From: Ascidiella aspersa | Lineage: Eukaryota | DNA length: 64,000 nt | NCBI GenBank assembly: GCA_963924565.1 | Contig: OZ004609.1 | Coordinates: 17,546,001 to 17,610,000, forward strand | Direction of reading: 5' to 3' | Part shown: one piece after another, positions 12,001 to 24,300 of the stretch | Layout: each line of letters begins with the position of its first letter | How positions within the stretch are numbered: the first letter of the stretch is position 1 | The notes under the pieces: model-generated | Databases searched by the model: none | What the model was told of the DNA's origin: nothing | Seen by the model: the letters and a program-made list of their open reading frames with translations, nothing else | Position numbers and translations under genes: made by a program

Positions 12001-15000
12001 AAATGCTGCAAACAATTTGCGATACAATCATAAAGTACCGCTTGACGTTATATCAGCCGTCGCGCTAGGACAAATCGGATACGCGAAAAATACGCCCCTT
12101 GTCGCCCAACAAAACATGCCTTAATAACAACTAAAGGCACGTTTAGACCCGCCTTGTCACTTTAACCCCTTGAATGATATCGCTTTCACCAGCGAGAAAG
12201 TGCTATGCCAATCGATATCCACCTGGATATGGTGCTCGTACCGTTGTACGCTCTGCGCAGTGTTTGTCTAAAGCCGTTCGAGTGCTTTGTATTCCCCGTC
12301 GGTCGCACGGGACGCGGATATTTGTAGTCAGCGAAAGCCGTAGCGATTGCAGGCCTAGTACTTGTTTAGCATGCTGTAAGTCACAAATTTTGCCTTATTG
12401 AGTGGCTTGTGATTTTTGTTTCGTTTATATATTCGCAGAGGTTCGACTGATTAAATGTAGTATAAGACTTTTGCCAAATTTCAAAGATAACTTTAGCCGA
12501 TCTACCAGACCCGTAGCTGGCAAATTATATATCCTCTTGGTACAGTGGTTTTTAAACTTTTATTACTGCGGTGGTTTAAATAAATATTTTACTTCGCGTG
12601 AACCATGGTAGGCAAGATTTTTTTACAGATGACATAAATTAATCTTACATTGCAAATAGACGTCAGAAATCTGTTGCTTTCGAGAAAAACATATGTAAGT
12701 GAAACAGAGTATAAAAACAATCCGTGCAAAAGCCTTTTATATTCAATTAAACTATTTTCTTTGAAAAAGTGATGACTTTCCAAATATACACTAATTTTTC
12801 AGTCAGGCCTTCATGGACCCCCTAAAACTAGTTGACGTACCCCCAAGGGTCCATGGACCCCAGTTTAAGAACCAATGCTTTGGTACATATGTTGTTAAGG
12901 CAGGTCGTAATATCAATATCAGTATACAGATATCGCCTTGATTTTTAATAATAAGTGTTAATTAATTATTTATCTGGATAAAGTCACTGCACTCCAAGTA
13001 AATACTTAACCTCAACTCTGTCACACTATACAATGTAATCAATAACACCTAATTCCGCTTTTGGTAAAGCATACATTTATATTTAATTGATTTCATAAAG
13101 AATTTGAAAAGTTTAAGAAAGAAAATTACCACTAGTAAAACATTTGATGCATTCCCAGCAGCAACTTATAGAAATCGAAAAGTTTTTCAAAAATCTGGAT
13201 TTGATCCACGCAGAGCGCGAACGAGCGATCTTAAGAGGAGAACGAGTCCGACTTCTACCAGACATCCCTGGAGAAAGTGTGAACGTAAGAAGGATAAAGG
13301 AAAGATCAAGCACGCTCGACAGTGCCGAAGACGGTAAGTGACGTATAACAAAAGAACACACATTCGAGTATTGTAGTGTTCTAGTCTAAACGATATAAAT
13401 GTAAAAATTTTCCCAGCGTTGTAAAGCATATTATACTAAGTAATATATGTTTTATTTGAACTGCGGTACATATTTTAGACTTTTTTTATTTATAAGTTTT
13501 ACACTGTGGGCCCTAAACTTGCGTAATTAATTAAAAAAATGTAGGCAAAGCGTTTTTCTAAACAAGCTTCTGCGATAACCTACGCAGGGGTGAAATTTAC
13601 AGTTGTTTTTGCTTACCTAGACCCACGTTGGCGAAAAGGAAGCAGCAGCAAGAAACGCAGTAACACGATAAGCGGACTAACCGCGGCTGAGATCGACGCT
13701 AAGATAACCAGGAGAGTCCAGATCGCAGCAAGGCGACAAGCAAAGATGGAGGCTCAGAAACGTCTTAGGAGAGCACAGGTTTGGAGTGTCTGTCAATTAT
13801 TTTGGGTTAGAAATAAAACTCATTGTGTGTACCTGTGGATTACTGAAGTACTGTATGAATATCAAGTACGTAAAAAGGTCGGAATATGTTCATGGTTCAA
13901 GTTCCCTTTAAACATTGTAAAACAGTGTTCATACTTCCAAACCAATACGATATTTCGCAACCGGTGTGCCGCTATGTTGCAGGACGATTTTTTACTTGCG
14001 CTTTTCAAAAACTGCTTAATAGTAGAATTGCCACTAGACGAGAACAAGACAGACATTTTGACCGTATTTAATGTTATATACAATAAATATATAACTTTTC
14101 AAAATACATTTTTGACGTTTTCAAAACCAATGAACTGAAGCAAGTTTTTCTTTTAATATTTAACAATGTTTTAATATTTAACAATGTATACTTATACTTA
14201 AGCTTGTACATCAACACATAGTTGCCTATTAAAAACCATAATATACATATTGTTTACACCTAATTATTATTTATACCGACTTCCTCATATAATTGTTGGA
14301 TATCAGGTAATTCAGCGCCAGTTGGAGGAGGTCGAAGTGAAGCAACGAGAATTGGAGGAAAGGGGAGTTACTCTTGAAAAGCTGCTTCGAGACGACGGAG
14401 GTGAGAGGAAAAATGCGTGCAGAGTTTGGTTTCCGTTTAGTTAACTTTGCTGCAATTTTGGTAGCTTTAGAGCACAGCGTTGTCTTTAAGAAATACCCTA
14501 CGATTAGAGTTTGCTGGTTTGTGTTGATGTTAACCTGTTTGTATTTGTACAGACGATACGGAGCGAGACGACTCACAGTGTATGCAAGAGTGGTTTCGGC
14601 TCGTGCAAGATAAAAATGCCCTACTCCGATACGAAAATGAACTTATGATTTAGTAAGTGTGAGATTACGACTGATTTTCGCTTTTCTACAAATTAACTAC
14701 CTTACAATCGGTTTTACTCAGTCCAATTTATAGCTAAGTCAGTCTACTGCTCAAGAAGTCGCTTACGTTTTGTTTTTCAGTCAACGCGAACTACAACTTG
14801 AAGACGTTCAAAGTCAGCTACAGCAAGATCTTAGAGAAAGGATGGCAATGGATGGTGAGTTGTTCTTCAAGTTAATCGCCAGAAATCGTATATATTTTCT
14901 CACTTTAAAGCTCCTGAAAAAATAATCCAGATTTACACGCTTTAATAAAAATGTTTTAGTAAACATGACATGCATGACATTTTATGTTATACGTGTAAAT

Positions 15001-15644
15001 ATTGCGTCTACAACATTGTAAAAATTTAAATATTTGAAAATTTACTTTAGTAAGTAAACTAAAATCAAGTAAGTTAGTTAAATCCACACCTAATTACAAA
15101 CAATGGCTAATTTGCGCAGAGTTCGGTACGATTGGTTTTGTAATCCGAAATCCAACATTTTGTTATCCAATTCTAAACAAATATACGACAATAAAGATAA
15201 GATGTCGTCATTTTTACGTATATTATTTAAAATGCTTAGTAATAAAATTAGGAGAATTAAAAGGCTAACATCATTTAAAAAAAATTGTTCTCAACCTTGA
15301 TACTATTTTCAGATAAGCGAAAGACTTCTGCCGAGTTGGCCCAGGAAAAGGAAATTCTCCGAAAAATGTTGGATGTTGTGGAACAAAGAGATGAATTAGT
15401 CGGACTACTCGAAGAACAAAGACTTAAGTATGATTGGAAACAATAATTTTGTGCGCATTTTTCGTAATTTATAATTAAAAATGTTTTTGGTAAACTTTCA
15501 ACTTGTTGCCACAGAGAAAAAGACGAAGCAGTTGACATGGAGACCCTCATGCTTAGCAAGTTCAACGCCTTCAGCCAAGAACCACGTGACGATACGTCAT
15601 CCGATTCCGTGATGTCAACGCCACGCGCTTTGGCTGTCACGTGA
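1..15644 (+). CDS. MICAL3: MICAL family protein (MICAL2/3-like), 3' part of a multi-exon gene ending in the bMERB/Rab-binding coiled-coil domain; 5' exons lie outside the window
   Basis: Phase-consistent GT-AG exons: <1-110, 228-288, 413-977, 1186-1382, ~1949-2132, 3266-3454, 3971-4212, 8834-8964, 9216-9317, 9751-9835, 10078-10254, 11087-11239, 11441-11520, 11585-11663/11702, 13214-13333, 13621-13778, 14307-14400, 14553-14652, 14781-14854, 15313-15427, 15515-15644 (TGA). The last exons give EIDAKITRRVQIAARRQAKMEAQKRLRRAQVIQRQLEEVEVKQRELEERGVTLEKLLR..MQEWFRLVQDKNALLRYENELMIYQRELQLEDVQSQLQQDLRERMAMD..EKEILRKMLDVVEQRDELVGLLEEQRLKEKDE, closely matching the recalled MICAL3 C-terminus. Confidence 0.93.
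194..225. repeat. (TTTG)n microsatellite forming the polypyrimidine tract of a MICAL intron
   Basis: About 8 tandem TTTG units directly upstream of the TAG/AAG acceptor at 225-230. Confidence 0.9.
2343..3154. mobile_element. Nested, decayed hAT-like MITE remnants
   Basis: Degenerate left end (..tgttcaaatggcggatcgcgatcc) and right end (ggatcatggcagaaatcatttgaacacccctg, ending 3154), plus an internal second left end caggggtcagcaacc..gcgggccggatgcgcccc at 2601. No clean TSD. Confidence 0.55.
3619..3730. repeat. Foldback/MITE-like interspersed repeat, copy 1 (right arm only)
   Basis: aagagttattcgaaacgttcaaaa..gatacct.cttctgtatgggctttgatatt.ttattacgtcttactacaacctct..ccattatgctcc is shared with 25312-25459 and, in part, 63205-63305. 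Confidence 0.8.
4958..6189 (-). CDS. Nested antisense gene: 184-aa secreted protein with an SBSPON/TINAG-type somatomedin-B domain and one galaxin/usherin-like CC repeat
   Basis: Exons 6189-5973, 5569-5387 and 5112-4958 (555 nt, both introns phase 1, GT-AG). Signal-peptide-like MLFKSEILSLLAIFLVTRSEG; SMB motif RCCDGQDANCYTAAGCFCDIACHMFFGDCCPDHRDQC; C-terminal ACCGSRAYSIAQKTCCSG. Lies inside MICAL intron 4213-8833. Confidence 0.88.
8981..9052. repeat. Local 33-bp direct duplication
   Basis: tgtgactttttcggcggttctttattctggtac at 8981-9013 and 9020-9052. Confidence 0.9.
12543..12877 (+). mobile_element. hAT-like MITE, family A
   Basis: Ends cagtggtttttaaact ... agtttaagaaccaatg; near-TSD tcttggta/ctttggta (6/8); subterminal ggaccccc..gggtccatggacccc. 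Homologous to 25809-26076 (opposite strand) and 18514-18820. Confidence 0.75.
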
Positions 15645-17058
15645 CGCCGTTGTCCAACTTTAACATCATTCCATGGTTGCAATTTTGTAAATACAAGCGC
15701 TGTCTAAAAAAGTTGTTTTGAGCAATCGATTTGATTTGTATTGCACTGTGCTTCGTTTTTGACCAAATTGGTACGCTACGTTGGTGACATTTTTGTAATT
15801 GGATCGACCAAGATACTGACGCTGCAGTGCTTTCAAAATAAGGGCATTCCTTTTATTTATACCTGGTGATAATCAGACCTTTTGCCGAGTGTCGCTCATA
15901 TACAGACTCTAGACGTGGAACAAATGCTTTTAGTAACATAATGCTTCGACACGGCACATCTATAGACACTTGTAAATTAGGTACTAGGTATAATATTGCT
16001 AAATGAGTATTTTCATTTTCGCTGAAAAAACATTGTTATATTAACTCTCAATTTATTTTCTTTTATTGCTAAAAAATTTATCACCTGTTAATTTGTCTGG
16101 CTGTTAATAAATAACATAACCTTTTATGGGATATGTAGAACCCACTCCCATTGCCACTTTACGGTGCTGCATTTTACAACAACATTTTGTTTTTTATAAA
16201 AGTTTTAAGCATTACATAGACCGCATTTCCATGAAGCCATTGTGTAATGAAATCTGTCTGCCATGTGAAATCTACTTGTGCAATGTTTGTTTTTGATGAC
16301 AATTTTCTTGAATATAATTTGCTTTCGCACTTTTTTCTCGTGAAACGAAGATTTAATAAAAGGACCAGATTTAATAGTTGGTTTTCTCAATGTTTTTGCT
16401 AAACTTAGCTGGAAGTTTCTGTAGCACCTGTAGTATAGGGCGTATACCCGCTTTTACCCTAAAACAGTGCCCCGCAACCGGTGGCCGCGATGTAAAAATA
16501 CTTTTTTGCTTGCGCTTTTCTAAAGCTGCAGTCTAAATATAGCTCTAACTGTACGAAAAGCGTACAGTTTGGGCAGGGATTTTGATTGTAAGCAGTAAAT
16601 CGAACAAAAAACGGATGTTACCTTCTTAAACCCGGAAAATATTATACATACGCTTATACCCGTGCAACTTCGATGTAAAATGATAGGAATTTTGGTTCTT
16701 ATTATCCGCCTCAGTCCGCACATTTTTATCTTTATATTGGTTGGTACTATAAGACTGTTTGAACATTTGAGTACATGTGCATTTTGCAGTCTTTAAATGA
16801 GTTTCAATTTCCTAATTTCATTTAAAACCTTAATAAATCTCTGATTATAGTCATCGTTAGGGCCAACCGAGGCAAGTCCAAGAATTGATCAGATTGCTTC
16901 AGGATGTTAAAGCCGACGATAAGGGAATATAATACGTCAAAATTTTGAGATTCGCCCTCCGGCTGCATTGGTTATTTGCCCATGTGTTTATTGTCGTTTT
17001 GGGTTATTTTTTGTAGGTGTGCTGCCAAGAAATCTAAATCTGTTTGTGTGTCGTAAGG

Positions 17059-18190
17059 CAGTGGTCGGCAACCGCCGGTGCCGGTCCGCGAGGAGTTCGT
17101 TACCGGTCCGTAGCAGGGTTTCCAGATTAAATTTTGATTTAAACCCGAACTGTACGTAAAAAGCCGGACAAAAGTAAATAACAATTAACTGTATTTTTAT
17201 ATTCCGAATATATTAACTTTCGTGTAAATATACTCCATGGTTGATTGGTCTGATGAAAAATAACAATTAGTATCAAGCTTGCGTGAGGTTGAAAACAACC
17301 AGTGTGCTGTGGCCATATGAGTTGCATAGCACGTTCACAACATCCAAAAATGCATATTTTTATTACAAAATCTCCTCATGACGTACAATGTATCAAAAAA
17401 TGGGCTAAAATATCATGTTTTTTTATGTTCAAGTGAAATACAATAAATTCATGCAAACAATGTTTATAAACAATGTCACATAATAAAAAGATTTATTATT
17501 TTGATATTTAAGCAGAAAAGGTTACGAAAAACATGTATATAGTTTAATTAGCTTTAGCAAACCTATACAAAAATGATAGAAGAAAGCCAAAATGATGAAT
17601 TTATTTTGTGACATCAACCACGTTAAAAAAACAGATTTTTTTTAATTTGGTGTAAAAAATTTGGCAAGCCTTGTACGAATAATTATAACTATATCCTATA
17701 CTTTCCAGGTGTCAGTCTGTGGTTCGTATACGTTTTTTGTATTGTCATTATATTTTAATATTTAGTCTTTTCGTCTAGTATGGCAACAAAAAGTGTCGTT
17801 TGGGGCCTGTACAAAAAATAGATCCGAAATGTGTGACTTATTTTAAAATTTAAATGAATGCTTTAATTATCCTTATTCTGACAAGCTGGTAAGAGTTGGG
17901 ATAGGTGATAATGGTATACAAGTGTAACTTATTCAATAAAACATTTTAAGGCCTATAAAAGAGGCCAAGAGTTTAATTGCTTGACGGTCCGAAAACAAGC
18001 CGCACGCGGGTTTCATTAACTTTAATAATTCCCAGATACGAGCATCATGTTGCGGTAAAACAAGCTTAAAGTTTGCATTGAAAAAGTTGTAATAAATTTC
18101 CTTTACTGAACAGTTTTTTTAAAGGCCACTCCGTGACAAAATTTCAGATTTATAACTGGTCCGCAGTGCAAAAAAGGTTGCCGACCCCTG
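17059..18190. mobile_element. Non-autonomous hAT-type DNA transposon (1132 bp) with perfect 8-bp TSD
   Basis: TIRs cagtggtcggcaacc ... ggttgccgacccctg; TSD tcgtaagg at 17051-17058 and 18191-18198; no transposase ORF. Confidence 0.88.
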
Positions 18191-18513
18191 TCGTAAGGGA
18201 CAAAAGGTTGCGGAGCTCTGATAAAAACAAACACTAAAATATGCTATAGACCTACTTGAATTTCTTAAATGTCGAAAACGGGAAACATGTTTATGAATCG
18301 GTTATAGCTTATTTTTTAATGATTTTTAAGAGTCGAACCGAAAGTAATCGGAATATTCATAAATAGGTTGAATCTTATCCGAACGTTTAAAAAAACAAGT
18401 CTCTCGCACGTCGTCACAACTTGGGAAGTTAGGTTACAGGGTACCGGTAGTCTAGCTTTATGTTTAAAATGGTGCTGTTTGAAAAATATTTGCTACATTT
18501 TATTTAACTAGCC

Positions 18514-18820
18514 CAGGGGGTTTTAAACTTTTTTTACCGCGGACTCTTATTTTTGGGGGGCTTAGCGTGGACCACGGTTGGCGAGCAATTTTCAGATATG
18601 ACGTCATGAATTGCCGCAAAAATACAAATAGACTTTAGAAATCTACTGATTTCCGTCCAAAAATGTGAAAGTGAAATAAAGTCGAAATACATTTAGTGCA
18701 AAAACATTTTTTTCTAATTAATCTCTTATCTTTTAAAATTTAATTACCGTACTTCTTAAATACAGCCTACCCTCGCATTTCCATTAGGCCTTCATGTATC
18801 CGCTAATACTAGTTCCTGGA
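18514..18820 (+). mobile_element. hAT-like MITE, family A (truncated, degenerate)
   Basis: Left end cagggggttttaaact; shares caaatagac..agaaatct and aggccttcatg..ctaa.actagtt with 12543-12877. Confidence 0.55.
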
Positions 18821-19631
18821 CCTAATTTTTATCCAGCCGGTCTCTCAGCAGATATTTATGAAGCAATAAAGGAACTATTTGAGAAAAGCATGTATAAACC
18901 AGACGTGTAACACTCAACGGTTAAGAAAAACAAAGTTTCGACGGTCGCTTATATTTTTTTATATAGTAATATGAAAAATCGCTCGGTCACAAAAAATGAA
19001 ACCAATTTTATAGAAGATTACCTCAAACGGTTCTTTTCACTAATATCTATATAACACTTATTTAAAATGCTGGATAACCGAATGCCAAAGCGGGGCAACT
19101 TGGGTGTATGACCGGGGCGCCTAAACAGTCTTTAAAAGCCTGACTGTTTGGGACAGTCTGGTACTGAGAATAAAAGTGACACGTAGAAATTTCAACTTGT
19201 TGGCTCCATTGTTAATGGTAAATATGGCTAAATAGTAATATATATATCTATATCTATATGTTTATCAAAATAAAGGTATGCAAAAACAATGATTAGGTAA
19301 TAATTAAGGCTAAGCAGAATAATAAATTCCGGAACTCTAAAAAGTATAGCGCGTCAAGTTTAGTTAGGCCCCATCCATATAAGTGCCACATGTATTTGTA
19401 TAATTATTTTTTTTATTGTCTTGGCAGATATTACAGGAATTTGGCAGATATAACAGGAAAGTATACACATAAAAAATGTTCTTTTGAACTCTATGCCTCA
19501 TAGAGCACTAAAATATAAGAAACCTATTCATGCGTGCATTGGTTAAAAATACAGTTTTGATTTGTGCAGTTTTGTAACTTCACTAAAGCAAAAGCTAAAT
19601 TTAAAGTTCTGCTGCTCCTAATGCTGTTTTG

Positions 19632-19937
19632 ATGATTTCAAATGACAAGGCTTTTGGGCTCGCAGAGATGCTGTTTGGTCCAACGTTGTTAAGAATTATG
19701 GCTTTGTCAACAGCTTCACTTTGTGGGTTTTGTGCGAGCTATTACACACTTTATCCACAAATGAAGGAAACCGAACTTATTAAAGAAATGCAACGGCTGG
19801 ATGCTGAAGGACGATATGAAGAAGTGAAAACACTTGCAGAATCGCCAATCCTAAAAGATTATAATATTACTTTTCGGTCAGATATAATTGAGATAGATAC
19901 AAATAAAGAAGACAAATCCATTAATGACAAACATTAA
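19632..19937 (+). CDS. Small single-coding-exon protein (~101 aa) with one hydrophobic segment; function unknown
   Basis: Open ORF in an AT-rich region; hydrophobic LLRIMALSTASLCGFCASYYTLY followed by a charged helical segment; splice acceptor tttgatttgtgcag at 19569 upstream. No recognised homology. Confidence 0.55.
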   Translation: MISNDKAFGLAEMLFGPTLLRIMALSTASLCGFCASYYTLYPQMKETELIKEMQRLDAEGRYEEVKTLAESPILKDYNITFRSDIIEIDTNKEDKSINDKH

Positions 19938-20239
19938 GCTGATGCTACAAGGCGTTTTGTTTGACATGTTTGTTGATATTACCAACTTTATTCGAAACTT
20001 CTCCATGGCTGTAACAATTAACTTCTGATAATATGTTGCATTTAGACCCCGATTCTAATAACTAGACATAATTTGTTAGTTAACCAGTATTTCTTTACCT
20101 CAGTGTCAAATTTCGGGTTAACTTATTTTAGTAAAACGAATATAAAATACGTGTTTGTAATCTGGGAATAATAATTTTTCATAATATTAAACAAAAAATA
20201 TTTTCACGGTCATATGTTTATGAGAAAATATACACTTAG

Positions 20240-20445
20240 CGCAATGGCAGACTAACTGAATCTGTCAATCAACGCTACAAGCAAGGCAGGCTAAAAAAAA
20301 AAACTTGCCTGCAGTGAGTTTAAGTTCCTGACCACCTGCCATACCAGAAAGTCCCTTTACCAACTGAGCTACACAGGCTCAGAGGGGAGCGAGTCGAGAA
20401 ACAACCATGATGCCAATGCTTGCTACATTCATTTAGTACCCGCAA
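20240..20445 (-). repeat. tRNA-containing interspersed repeat, degenerate copy
   Basis: Colinear similarity to 23860-24065 (gcctgcagtgag..taccaactgagcta..caggctcagag.ggagcgagtcgagaaacaaccatg). Confidence 0.8.
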
Positions 20446-21323
20446 CCCTATATAATAATTCACTTTGAAAACTGTTTTGTACTCCTCATTTCACCAAACA
20501 CCAATTTATTTAAATTGATACTATATCAAACTATTTGTACGAACAATTATATATTAGAAGCATAGTTGAAGTGTTTTACTGAATCATGGTTTATTTAATT
20601 GGAAGCAAATGCCTGCAAGCTATAGAAGCAAGTTTATTCACAAAGAAATAAGAAAATGGCCAATGACAAATACAAAAGAAACATACAATTTTTAGGAGTT
20701 TTGCAACATGTTAGGTTTAGCAAATTACTACTTGACATGACTTACTTTTCCAGTTTTTCAGTTGAATTTTTTTTAGCTTTTAAAATAAACAAATCAAATC
20801 ACATGCCATTACAGATATACAAAAGTTTACTGGAAAGAGTGACAATATACATAAATACAACAAATCAAAGAAAAGTAGTATTTTTAACAGTATTCTCCGT
20901 AAAACCAATATCCCAAGACTAAACTTTTAAAGGCAGTACTTTTGTAAAATACAAATAAAATCACTTTTGAGACAACTAAAATCTAAAAAGACAAATTGCC
21001 ACACCATGACATTTAATAGGTAGTTACTATCACAAACCTTTAGTGAATCAGGTATAATATGACATAACACCAACTTAGCAATATAATTAGCTTACGGTAG
21101 AATATAAATATGTAATCAGCATCAATGGTCTATAAAAAACAAATCGAATTTTTAAACTAATTAGACATCAAACAATAATATAAAATCTGATGTGGTTAGT
21201 GACCGTGCTGACACCTCATAAAAAGAGAGCTAAAATTGTTACTATCCATTTCAGTCGGCTTGAGAATCTGCTGCGTAAAATAATTCATTGGTCAAAATAA
21301 TGCATTTTTCGACAAGGGTGCAT

Positions 21324-24300
21324 TTAAAAGCCCTTGCACTGACTGGTGAAGCTTGTATGTCCGGGAGGCATAATAGGCGAGCTCCAATGCGCAGAACTTG
21401 TTCGTTTGAAGTAGCGCTCCCTGCTTTTGGAGGGGAAGATTACAGCGAGATTAACCTCGCCCAGTAGGCCGGAGAATATCCGATCAACCAAGGATAAGTT
21501 GTTGCAGTGTTGCTGGATAAGGGCAGAAGAGAGAGCACCACCTGTAAATAGGTTACCGATCAGAGTTAGGTGTTAAACACCGCTGTTTTTAAGCGTTTGC
21601 TATTTGAGGGCCCTAAACCAAATGATCCATACTACTGAAGGATTTTATATTGAGCAAACATAGTATGACATAAGACAACGACTATACAGTCTTGTCACAG
21701 ATGAGCGATAATAAGGCTATGCACCACTTTTATACATTTTTTTAATACTTTGAACTACACGCAAAAATTAAACACAATCCCTGCATCGTGTTTTATTTGT
21801 TTGCCCTCGAGGCGGTTTCGTCCTGAAAAAACGTCGTAATGTTTTACCTTCGCCCTTGTTTCAAATCATTTGAAATCAAGTAAAGTAAGAGTAACATTTT
21901 ATTGCAAAAAACGTTCGACTAAACAATTCAACATTTAAAAAAACAGTCCTTAAACTTTTTGATTGAGATCTTCCTCGCAAAATGTGATACAACAAAGTTT
22001 GTCATAAGTAGAGTATTTAAAGCCCTGTTAATACAATGCTACGAGGCACTCGGGTACAGAAAAGAGCAATATTTTGTTCAACAATTGTGGTTAATTTAGA
22101 AAAAAATCTTTAAAAAAAATTAGCTGTCAAGGCTGAAAAATTAGCAGGTAAACATCAGCCTTCTAAACATTTAGGTCAATGTAACATGTAACATCAACCA
22201 AAAAACCTTACAAGCTTTAATCTCCTACCTTTTGCCCACTTGGGAACTTGCTTTTTCGGTTCGTCTTCGTTGTCAGTGCTGTCATCACTTCTCATATCTT
22301 GGATGTTGTAGTCGGTGGATGTGGAGGGCAGCAGAGGTCGGTCTGGGCCACGCGGGGTCATGTTGTAGTTGTTCATCGAGGCGTCCTAAGTATGAGAGTT
22401 AAAATATAATTTTTTTCAATTTTACCTTAGAAATTCCAACTAAGCCTAAAGGGCAAATAACGCAATGTCAGCTACTCACGTTTTGACTGGCGGTGGCGTT
22501 ATGGTGGGACTTGGGTGTCTGCATCGTGAAGGTGCTGTTTATTTGATGTTTCTCGGCTTCCAACTCTGCCAGTTTCTGTTTGGCTTCCTATATTGTATAA
22601 CATGACATATTCCGGTATTTGAGTAGAAACTGGCGAATCACAAACTAATGGAAAGTTAAAATAGAGGAGGCTTTTAGAAAGCTTTAAAGAAAAAAATCAC
22701 CGAATTGAAGGCCAGAATTTTAATAGGAAAAACAGTACCTTCATCTTCCGGTCATACTCTCTTTCCTCGCGTAGGATGCGAAGACGCTCTTGCTCATCAC
22801 GAATGCGTTTCTGCGAGATAATAATTTGCAAATATAAAAGTTGCATTCAATAATAAAAATTAAGTAAACACTGATCAAAAAAGGTTTCGGTTGACTTCAC
22901 AGATGCCGTTTGCCGCTTACTTAGTAAATCTAGGTAAATAAAAAAAATGCGTAATCCTGGTTGGTCACGAAACAAGCGTTAAATTGGAATTATTTTCATA
23001 GAAGCACTGGGCGCTAATAATATATCAGAAATGTTATTTTAATTATAGCAAGTCTCCATTAGCGGAAAGCCTGTTAGAAAAAATAAATGCCAATTTACAA
23101 TTACAGATTAGTCAACGTTGTGTTTTTAAAGGTTTTATATCATAATCTTTCTCCAATGCGCGATTACAATTGTCTGGGATTTGGTGAATGCAAGCGTTTT
23201 TGGCCAAGAAACGCTTAACAACAATTTCAGTGACATAGACTGATAGTAATATACCACATGTTGCCCTAACGCAGTGGTCAACAACTGTAAGTCGTATCTA
23301 TTTATTGGATGGCTTCATTGTGACATCCTAGACACGAAAATTTTCTGGCAACTTTTTAGGGAGAGTTCCTAACACCTATCTCGTTATGGATCAACAACAA
23401 AAACCTTAGGCTGTATGTGTTTCCCTTTTTCAGCTTGCTGACGGGCCAAATAATGTATATTTATAAAAATATTTTTTTAAGAATTGTCAAGCTTGTCACC
23501 TGTTTCTTTTCTTCCTCAAGGACTTTACGTTCCGCTTCAATCTTTTTGCGCATAAGGTCCTTCTTCTTTTTGGCCGCTTGTCTCTTTGCCTCTTCTTCTA
23601 CCTGAACACGACAACAAAAATATCATGAACCGCGTTGTGCCAGTTAAGAGATTGTAAAATTAGGTGTCGCAAAAAAACAATACTCGACACCTTCTGCCGT
23701 TCCTTTTCCTCCCTTAACCTCAACATTTCTTCTTCGTTTCGCATTGCAGCTTCCTGTTCACGGGCTTTCTCTTCTTCCTCTTGTTGCTAGATAAACAAAC
23801 AACTTACGTAAAACTTTTAATTTTTTAAGTGAAACTCTAAAGTTTTAGTACACCGAAAAGCCATCGCAGACTCGCCGAATCTGTCGATCTATGATGCAAG
23901 CAGAGCAAGCCAGAAAAACAACTGGCCTGCAGTGAGGTTCGAACTCACGACCTCCGGTCAAGCCGGGACCGTCGCTCTACCAACTGAGCTATGCAGGCTC
24001 AGAGAGGAGCGAGTCGAGAAACAACCATGCGCCAATACTTGCACATTTTGTTAGTACTCGTTGGTCATAAAGCAACTTCCGAGGGGCTAGATCACAGATG
24101 TTATTAAACACATGTTTGTGTGTGTCTTTCATTCTTTTCATCTAAAGTTTTAGGTTTGATACTCGGCGACTGTAAAGTCAATAGTATACCTTGAAAATTA
24201 TTATTTTTGAACAAAAGTCAAAAACTATTCCTAAATAAATTTATTAAAACTAATGGATAATATTCGCCCAAAATGGGTGTTACCTGGCGAAGGCTCTCTT

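Noticed and set aside
23925-23998. Functional tRNA gene (apparent GGC anticodon)
   Set aside because: No U33, extra nucleotides around the anticodon stem, and flanks shared with degenerate copies; treated as a repeat.
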